Origin: an uncultured Pseudomonadales bacterium
Lineage (GTDB): Bacteria; Patescibacteriota; Microgenomatia; UBA1400; RBG-16-45-19
DNA: 64,000 nucleotides
Direction of reading: 5' to 3'
NCBI GenBank assembly: GCA_964441155.1
Contig: CAYYKL010000001.1
Coordinates: 152,393-216,392, forward strand
Shown here: one piece after another, positions 57,723 through 64,000 of the stretch
Numbering within the stretch: the stretch's first letter is position 1
Layout of the letters: each line of letters starts with the position of its first letter
The notes under the pieces: model-generated
Seen by the model: only the letters and a program-made list of their open reading frames with translations
What the model was told of the DNA's origin: nothing
The model's database searches: none
Program-made: the position numbers and the translations under genes

Positions 57723-58907
57723 TTATTTAACAATCTTTGTAATGGCGCCTGCACCAATGGTTCGGCCACCTTCACGGATAGCAAAGCGTAAACCTTGCTC
57801 CATAGCAACGGGTTGAATGAGTTTTACCTTCATATTGGCGTTGTCACCAGGCATAACCATTTCGACACCCTCAGCCAAGGTCACTTCTCCAGTTACATCA
57901 GTGGTTCTGATGTAGAACTGTGGTCTGTAACCAGTGAAGAATGGGCTATGACGGCCACCTTCTTCTTTGGTGAGGATATACACTTCAGCTTCAAATTCGG
58001 TGTGAGCCGTGACTGAGCCTGGCTTGACGATAACTTGACCACGCTCGATGTCATCTTTTTCAATACCGCGCAGCAGTATGCCGACATTGTCACCTGCTTG
58101 ACCTTCGTCGAGGGTTTTTCTAAACATTTCGACACCAGTAACGGTACTCTTTTTGGCAGTTTTCAATAGTCCAACGACTTCAATTTCTTCGCCGACTTTG
58201 ACTTGACCGCGCTCAATTCTACCCGTGGCAACGGTACCGCGACCCTTGATGGAGAAGACATCTTCAACTGGCATCAAGAAAGGCTTGTCAATGGCGCGCT
58301 CAGGTACGGGAATATACTCATCAACTTTATTCATGAGGTCAGTGATAGCTTGTTGATAGGTGGCATCACCTTCCAAAGCTTTAAGCGCACTCACGCGAAT
58401 AACAGGGATTTCATCACCCGGGTATTCGTATTTGGTCAAAAGTTCACGGATTTCCATCTCGACTAAGTCGAGTAATTCCGGATCATCGACCATATCGACT
58501 TTATTCAAAGCGACAACGATTTTAGGCACATTGACTTGTTTAGCTAACAAGATATGCTCTCGGGTTTGTGGCATGGGACCATCAGTGGCAGCAACGACCA
58601 AAATAGCGCCATCCATTTGAGCCGCACCAGTGATCATGTTTTTGATGTAATCAGCATGACCGGGAGCGTCAATATGAGCATAGTGACGCTTTTCGGTTTC
58701 GTACTCAATGTGAGAGACATTAATCGTGACACCTCTAGCTTTTTCTTCAGGAGCGTTATCAATATCGTTGTATCCTTTTGCTGTTGCTAAACCAGATTTG
58801 GCTAATGTGGTGGTAATAGCGGCAGTTAAAGTGGTCTTGCCATGGTCAACGTGACCGATGGTGCCGATATTAATATGTGGTTTATTGCGAACGTATTTGT
58901 CTGCCAT
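57723..58907 (-). CDS. tuf: Elongation factor Tu.
   Basis: [27 protein letters not shown]. 394 aa. Confidence 0.95.
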   Translation of the reverse strand: MADKYVRNKPHINIGTIGHVDHGKTTLTAAITTTLAKSGLATAKGYNDIDNAPEEKARGVTINVSHIEYETEKRHYAHIDAPGHADYIKNMITGAAQMDGAILVVAATDGPMPQTREHILLAKQVNVPKIVVALNKVDMVDDPELLDLVEMEIRELLTKYEYPGDEIPVIRVSALKALEGDATYQQAITDLMNKVDEYIPVPERAIDKPFLMPVEDVFSIKGRGTVATGRIERGQVKVGEEIEVVGLLKTAKKSTVTGVEMFRKTLDEGQAGDNVGILLRGIEKDDIERGQVIVKPGSVTAHTEFEAEVYILTKEEGGRHSPFFTGYRPQFYIRTTDVTGEVTLAEGVEMVMPGDNANMKVKLIQPVAMEQGLRFAIREGGRTIGAGAITKIVK

Positions 58908-58980
58908 GATGCTCCTTAGCTTTGTAATAACTTATAATTTCTGTCCAAATTACTATCTCGTTGCTGCCGCACTTATCATC

Positions 58981-61107
58981 TTAAGACACTTTGGTCTTGG
59001 CTTGAATTAAGGCTGCGGCAATCTGGGAGGGAACCTCATCATAGTGACTTGGCTCCATGTACGCATTAGCTCTTCCCTGGCTGAGACTGCGCAGTATTGT
59101 AACATAGCGAGAAAGCTCTGCCAAGGGCACAAGCGCTGTAATAATGCGCGAATTACCTCTCATTTTGGTTTCTTGAATTTGGGCTCGACGAGAAGATAAA
59201 TCTCCAATCACATCTCCCATAAAATCGTCTGGGGTGGTTACTTCCACCTTCATGACTGGCTCGAGCAATACAAGATCCGCTTGCCGAGCGGCTGATTGCA
59301 GTGCCATTGATCCCGCGATCTTAAAGGCTATTTCAGATGAATCGACATCATGAAAACTACCGTCGTAACACGCGACTAATACATCAACTAGAGGGTAACC
59401 TGCCAAAACACCATTTTCCAATGCTTCTTTGACCCCTTTTTCAACCGCCGGGATAAATTCTCTTGGAATTGCGCCACCAGTGATTTCGTTTTTGAATTCA
59501 AAACCTTCACCCCTGCCCTTTGGTTCAATGCGCAGTAAACAGTGTCCATATTGTCCACGTCCACCAGATTGGCGAATATATTTACCTTCAGCTTGGGCGG
59601 TTTTCTTGATGGTTTCTCGATAAGCAACCTGCGGGTTACCCACGTTCGCTTCGACCTTGAATTCCCGCTTCATGCGATCGACCAAAATATCTAAGTGAAG
59701 TTCGCCCATGCCAGAAATAATTGTCTGACCGGTTTCATGATTCACTTTAATTTTAAACGTTGGATCTTCTTCGGCCAATTTGCTCAAAGCCATGCCCATA
59801 CGTTCTTGGTCGTTTTTGGTTTTTGGTTCAATTGCCAAAGAAATAACCGGCTCGGTAAATTCAATGCCTTCAAACAAAATGGGATGGGCCTCGTCAGTGA
59901 GTGTGTCACCTGTTTTAGCACTCTTGATGCCAACCAAAGCCACGATATCTCCAGCTTGAGCCATATCAACTTCTTGACGATCATTGGCATGCATCAAAAT
60001 TAAGCGACCTACACGCTCTTTTTTGTCCTGAGAAGCGTTGTAGATGTACGAACCCGCTTTAATAGTTCCTGAGTACACGCGCATATAGGTCAACCTGCCC
60101 ACGTGAGGATCGGTTTGAATTTTAAAGGATAATCCGGCAAATGATTCTTCGGGCACGAGCTGACGCTCGATTACTTGATCAGTTCCGGGTTTTAAGCCTG
60201 TTACCATTTTGATGTCATTGGGGCTTGGTAAATAATTGACGACGGCGTCAAGTAAAGGCTGCACGCCTTTATTACGCAGCGATGAACCGCAATAAATAGG
60301 CACTAATTGGTAGGCAATCGTAGCTTTGCGCAATCCCTGCTGCAGCTCTTCCATGGTAAGCTCTTCACCGTTTAAATATTTTTCGATCAGTGATTCATCG
60401 AGCTCGGCGATTTGCTCAATCAGCTCGGCTCGCCTCTTTTCAACTTCTTCTTTGTAATTTTCGGGAATTTCGATTATTTCGAACGACTCGGCTTCATCTC
60501 CACTCCACACCAAAGCTTTGCGCTCGAGCAAGAGAATAATGCCTTTAAATTCGTTTTCCTGTCCCATGGGCAAACACATGACAGCGGTTTTGACTCCTAG
60601 TTTTTCATGGATGTCGTTAATCACCATGTCAAAATCTGCTCCGACTTTGTCCATTTTGTTGACAAAACAAATTCGAGGAACTTTATATTTATCCGCTTGA
60701 CGCCAGACAGTTTCTGATTGCGACTGGACGCCTTCGTTGGCATCTAAAACCGTAACTCCGCCATCAAGTACGCGCAACGAACGTTCCACTTCGGCAGTAA
60801 AATCTACGTGTCCTGGGGTATCAATAATATTAAAGCGGAAGGGGTCCTTGGGCATAAACGTTGGCAAAACTGGGGTCCAAAAAGTGGTCGTGGCTGCAGA
60901 AACAATGGTAATACCACGTTCTTTTTCTTGGTCCATCCAGTCCATTTGCGTGGCACCTTCATGAACCTCACCTATTTTGTAGGTTTTACCGGTGTAATAC
61001 AGAATGCGCTCGGTGGTGGTGGTTTTGCCTGCATCGATATGGGCAATAATACCAATATTTCGAATGTGATCCAGAGGAACGTGGTGATCTGCAGAATGTT
61101 GAGCCAT
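58981..61107 (-). CDS. fusA: Elongation factor G.
   Basis: [24 protein letters not shown], and 708 aa with domains I-V. Confidence 0.95.
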   Translation of the reverse strand: MAQHSADHHVPLDHIRNIGIIAHIDAGKTTTTERILYYTGKTYKIGEVHEGATQMDWMDQEKERGITIVSAATTTFWTPVLPTFMPKDPFRFNIIDTPGHVDFTAEVERSLRVLDGGVTVLDANEGVQSQSETVWRQADKYKVPRICFVNKMDKVGADFDMVINDIHEKLGVKTAVMCLPMGQENEFKGIILLLERKALVWSGDEAESFEIIEIPENYKEEVEKRRAELIEQIAELDESLIEKYLNGEELTMEELQQGLRKATIAYQLVPIYCGSSLRNKGVQPLLDAVVNYLPSPNDIKMVTGLKPGTDQVIERQLVPEESFAGLSFKIQTDPHVGRLTYMRVYSGTIKAGSYIYNASQDKKERVGRLILMHANDRQEVDMAQAGDIVALVGIKSAKTGDTLTDEAHPILFEGIEFTEPVISLAIEPKTKNDQERMGMALSKLAEEDPTFKIKVNHETGQTIISGMGELHLDILVDRMKREFKVEANVGNPQVAYRETIKKTAQAEGKYIRQSGGRGQYGHCLLRIEPKGRGEGFEFKNEITGGAIPREFIPAVEKGVKEALENGVLAGYPLVDVLVACYDGSFHDVDSSEIAFKIAGSMALQSAARQADLVLLEPVMKVEVTTPDDFMGDVIGDLSSRRAQIQETKMRGNSRIITALVPLAELSRYVTILRSLSQGRANAYMEPSHYDEVPSQIAAALIQAKTKVS

Positions 61108-61249
61108 AAGTGCCTTATATCCTTATTTACTTACTACGTCAGCAAAAATCTTTCCAAACAAGCTTGAGGGCTTATGCAAACTAGTTTGGTGAATTCTATA
61201 ATCTTGACATGAAATTCATGCACTAAATGTTTAGAATCTTCAAAGATGT

Positions 61250-61726
61250 TTACCACCTAAAGTGGGCAAAAGCCTTGTTTGCATCCGCCATTTTGTGACT
61301 GGTCATTTTCTTGTTAACCGCACCACCCTCATTATTCAGGGCATCAAAGAGCTCAGCGGCTAATTTTTCACCAAAGGAACGGAATTCTTTGTTAGGTCTT
61401 TTGTTTGATTCAAGTATGAGCCAACGGACAGCCAATGCAAACCCCCGATTTCCTTTAACAGCAACGGGAACTTGGTAGGCGGCACCGCCGACCCGACGAG
61501 ATCGAACTTCCATTTTGGGTTGGATATTGTTGATGGCATCTTCAAAAACATCGAGTGCGGGTCGTTTGGTTTTTTTGGCCAACAATTCTAATGCACTATA
61601 GACCTGTTTTCGTGCTACATCTTTTTTGCCGGCTTTCATGCACCGGTTAATGAGTCTCGTGACTTTAGTTGAGTTATATACCGGATCAGGTATAACTTCT
61701 CTCACTGGTGCTTGTTTCGATCGCAT
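61250..61726 (-). CDS. rpsG: 30S ribosomal protein S7.
   Basis: Position between rpsL and fusA. KGNRGFALAVRWL. Confidence 0.9.
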   Translation of the reverse strand: MRSKQAPVREVIPDPVYNSTKVTRLINRCMKAGKKDVARKQVYSALELLAKKTKRPALDVFEDAINNIQPKMEVRSRRVGGAAYQVPVAVKGNRGFALAVRWLILESNKRPNKEFRSFGEKLAAELFDALNNEGGAVNKKMTSHKMADANKAFAHFRW

Positions 61727-61760
61727 AACGATTCCTTAATTAGTTAAACTTGAGTTAGTT

Positions 61761-62183
61761 TTATTCGCTGGCAGCCTTGGGTGCTTTAGTACCATATTTG
61801 CTGCGTGATGATTTTCGATCAGACACACCTGCACAGTCAAATTTGCCGCGAACAACATGATATTTCACACCCGGCAAATCTTTAACTCGCCCGCCTCGAA
61901 CCAACACAATTGAGTGCTCGGCCAAGTTGTGACCCTCACCTTGAATGTAGGCAGTGATTTCATGTCGATTGGACAAGCGAACACGGGCCACTTTGCGCAA
62001 AGCTGAGTTTGGCTTTTTAGGTGTCATGGTTTTCACAATCGTGCACACGCCACGCTTTTGTGGATTCACGGTGTGACTGTGATTACGCGTATTGGCATTG
62101 TAACTACGACGCAATGCTTGTGCCTTGATGACACTTGAGCGTGAGCGTCTGCCTTTGCGAACCAATTGGTTGATGGTTGGCAT
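61761..62183 (-). CDS. rpsL: 30S ribosomal protein S12, with a short basic C-terminal extension.
   Basis: [13 protein letters not shown]...[11 protein letters not shown]... Confidence 0.9.
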   Translation of the reverse strand: MPTINQLVRKGRRSRSSVIKAQALRRSYNANTRNHSHTVNPQKRGVCTIVKTMTPKKPNSALRKVARVRLSNRHEITAYIQGEGHNLAEHSIVLVRGGRVKDLPGVKYHVVRGKFDCAGVSDRKSSRSKYGTKAPKAASE

Positions 62184-62337
62184 GATATATTTTTCTTTCT
62201 ATGTAGTACTTAGCGTGCTCTCTATAGTAGCGACTAATAGTTTTATTTCACTCGCTAGCAATTGAGCGTAAGCAATCAAAAAGGTATTCTACTGGTATTC
62301 ACTCGACTTGACAACTATCAAGACAACCTACGCTGTT

Positions 62338-63996
62338 CTAGGCAGCGATGGCTCTCTCAGGCGAGGTTGGGATTAAACGTCCAATAATGACGTTTTCCTT
62401 GAGTCCCAACATGTAATCTTCTCGGCCTTCAATGGCAGCTTCAGTCAAGACATTGGTCGTCTCTTGGAATGAAGCAGCAGATAACCAGGAGGCGGTATGC
62501 AAACTGGCTCGAGAAACCCCGAGCATTACCACTTGCGCGGTTGCTGGTTCACCGTCTTCGGCTAAAACCGATTCATTGGAGTGTTCAAATCGAACTCGCT
62601 CAACAATTTCACCAGGCAATAGATCGGTGTCACCTGCATTTTCAACCTTAACTTTGTCACTCATTTTACGAATAATCACTTCAAAGTGGCGGTCATTGAT
62701 CGGAATGCCTTGTGATTCATAGACTTCTTGTACTGCTTCAAGCAAATACTCTTGCGCACCAAGCAATCCTTTAAGCTCCAAGACTTCTTTGACATCTAAG
62801 CTTCCTGAAGATAATTGTGATCCAACACCTACCAAGTCTCCTTCGGCCACAGCAAGAATGCTGGTCAAGGGAATAATGTATTCTTTGACCTTTATTGGTT
62901 TTGAAGTCGACTTGATGGTGACTTTATAGCCTTCATCACTCTCTTCAACGCTCACTTTGCCAGCAACTTCGCTCATGGGAGCTAAAATCTTGGGGGTGCG
63001 AATTTCAAAGAGCTCTTCAACTCGAGGCAAACCTTGGGTCACGTCAAGTCCGACGATACCACCCGCATGTTTCACCCGCATGGTTAACTGGGTTCCTGGC
63101 TCACCAATACTCTGCGCTGCTACGACACCTACAGGTGTACCAATTTCCACCATGTTTTTGGTAGAGAAATCACTGCCATAACATTTGGCACACAAGCCAA
63201 ATTTGGCGGCGCAGGTTAAGGGTGAATACACATTGACTTGGGTAATATTGGCTGCTGAAATTTCTTTGACTTTGTCTTCGTCAACCAATTCACCTTTGTC
63301 GACAACCACTTTTCCCTTGGCGTCTTTGATGGCAAGTGCTGCCACTCGGCCATAAATGCGCTTGGCAAAGTGCAGGTCTCGCTTGCCTTCGGCTTTCAAA
63401 ACCAAGTGTTGCTCGGTACCACAATCGACTTCGCGAATGATGGCGTCATGAGCCACATCAACTAAGCGTCGAGTTAAGTATCCTGCATCAGCTGTTTTTA
63501 AAGCTGAGTCTGTCAACCCTTTACGAGATCCACGAGACGAGTTAACGTATTCAAAAATTGACAAGCCCTCGCGGAAGTTACTTTTGGTGGGCAACTCCAC
63601 AATCCGACCCATAGGATCGACCACGAGTCCGCGCATAGCGGCCAATTGTTTTACTTGATCCTTGCTTGCACGAGTTCCACCTGAGTCGATAATCAGTTTG
63701 ACTGCGTTATCTTCTTTAAAGATGTTCCAGGTTTTGTCAGCAATTTCGTCAGTGGTTTTGATCCAAATATCATTGGTCAATCGACGTTTTTCTTCCAAAG
63801 TGATAAGACCCATTTTATAGTTCTCATCTACTTCTTCAGCACGTTTGTTGGCAGCCATAATGATTTCATCTTTATTCGGAATCATTTCATTGTCTGAAAC
63901 GGCTACTGACAAGCCAGATTGCGTGGCTGATTGGAAGCCCAAATCTTTGATAGCGTCGATTAATTCAACCACGCGCTTGCGATCAAATTGCTTCAA
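62338..63996 (-). CDS. rpoC: DNA-directed RNA polymerase subunit beta-prime, C-terminal portion. The gene continues beyond the window end.
   Basis: The C-terminal beta-prime region ...NVLTEAAIEGREDYMLGLKENVIIGRLIPT. The ORF is open to the window boundary. Confidence 0.85.
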   Translation of the reverse strand: MKQFDRKRVVELIDAIKDLGFQSATQSGLSVAVSDNEMIPNKDEIIMAANKRAEEVDENYKMGLITLEEKRRLTNDIWIKTTDEIADKTWNIFKEDNAVKLIIDSGGTRASKDQVKQLAAMRGLVVDPMGRIVELPTKSNFREGLSIFEYVNSSRGSRKGLTDSALKTADAGYLTRRLVDVAHDAIIREVDCGTEQHLVLKAEGKRDLHFAKRIYGRVAALAIKDAKGKVVVDKGELVDEDKVKEISAANITQVNVYSPLTCAAKFGLCAKCYGSDFSTKNMVEIGTPVGVVAAQSIGEPGTQLTMRVKHAGGIVGLDVTQGLPRVEELFEIRTPKILAPMSEVAGKVSVEESDEGYKVTIKSTSKPIKVKEYIIPLTSILAVAEGDLVGVGSQLSSGSLDVKEVLELKGLLGAQEYLLEAVQEVYESQGIPINDRHFEVIIRKMSDKVKVENAGDTDLLPGEIVERVRFEHSNESVLAEDGEPATAQVVMLGVSRASLHTASWLSAASFQETTNVLTEAAIEGREDYMLGLKENVIIGRLIPTSPERAIAA

Positions 63997-64000
63997 AGCC

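Noticed and set aside
38862-63181. Dozens of 60-165 aa ORFs on the plus strand, or in alternative minus frames, inside the ribosomal-protein, tuf, fusA and rpoC genes (for example 38862-39320, 42014-42511, 47520-47948, 55420-55713).
   Set aside because: All lie antisense or out of frame within highly conserved, confidently identified genes. They are taken as shadow ORFs.
1-64000. CRISPR arrays, tandem repeats, rRNA or tRNA genes, transposases, integrases or phage genes.
   Set aside because: I saw no periodic direct repeats, no tRNA-like T-arm or acceptor patterns in the intergenic gaps I inspected (19431-19809, 24287-24864, 28155-28499, 44831-45310), and no recombinase-like ORFs. I cannot fully exclude small ncRNAs without a covariance-model scan.
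1-64000. Alternative genetic code (UGA recoded, as in some candidate phyla).
   Set aside because: Conserved genes end at TGA, TAA or TAG at their expected lengths (for example secY ends with TGA and rpmJ with TAA), and homolog-length ORFs are obtained with the standard code. Code 11 is therefore assumed.

Overview
This 64 kb window reads as a compact bacterial chromosome segment in the standard genetic code. The 3' third (38.6-64 kb, minus strand) is one long ribosomal-protein and translation-factor superoperon: rpoC (partial), rpsL, rpsG, fusA, tuf, the S10, spc and alpha gene blocks, rpsI. All of these are recognisable from the ORF translations, and one unlisted gene, rpmJ (L36, about 42617-42730, minus), was read by hand. 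Three features of this region point to a Patescibacteria/CPR-like lineage, though that call is an inference:
- rpmD (L30) is absent between rpsE and rplO.
- Several ribosomal proteins (S5, L17, L4, S9, L3, S12) carry lysine/alanine/threonine-rich or asparagine-rich extensions.
- A three-gene envelope insertion (plsC-like acyltransferase, Amidase_3 cell-wall amidase, YkgJ-type Cys-cluster protein) sits between map and infA.

The 5' part of the window (1.4-14.35 kb, minus strand) is a ten-gene, translationally coupled envelope-glycosylation operon. It has a DPM1/GtrB-like GT2, four or five large polytopic GT-C-like membrane proteins including a GT39/ArnT-like one, a Wzx-type flippase, a second GT2, a GT2 fused to a SAM methyltransferase, and a YfhO-family protein. 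It converges on a Ser/Thr/Asn-rich protein that appears 5'-truncated at the window edge.

The middle of the window carries:
- housekeeping genes: dacA-like carboxypeptidase, gltX, argS;
- two histidine kinases with an OmpR-type and a CheY-like regulator, plus a third, stand-alone receiver protein;
- a small stress module: KGG-repeat protein, YtxH-like protein, GlsB/YeaQ/YmgE protein and two unknowns;
- an ArnT-like GT-C divergent from an ABC-2 exporter;
- a GT4 / GT4 (MshA/SPS-like) / HAD-phosphatase operon next to a large unknown protein, possibly a glycosidase;
- a secreted CAP/SCP-domain protein;
- a TrmB-like regulator and a DMT transporter.

I found no rRNA, tRNA, CRISPR array, transposase or integrase. 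Many longest-ORF starts in the supplied track are TTG/GTG extensions, and I re-placed several starts on ATG codons with better context. Any coordinate I derived by hand from the raw sequence may be off by a few nucleotides.
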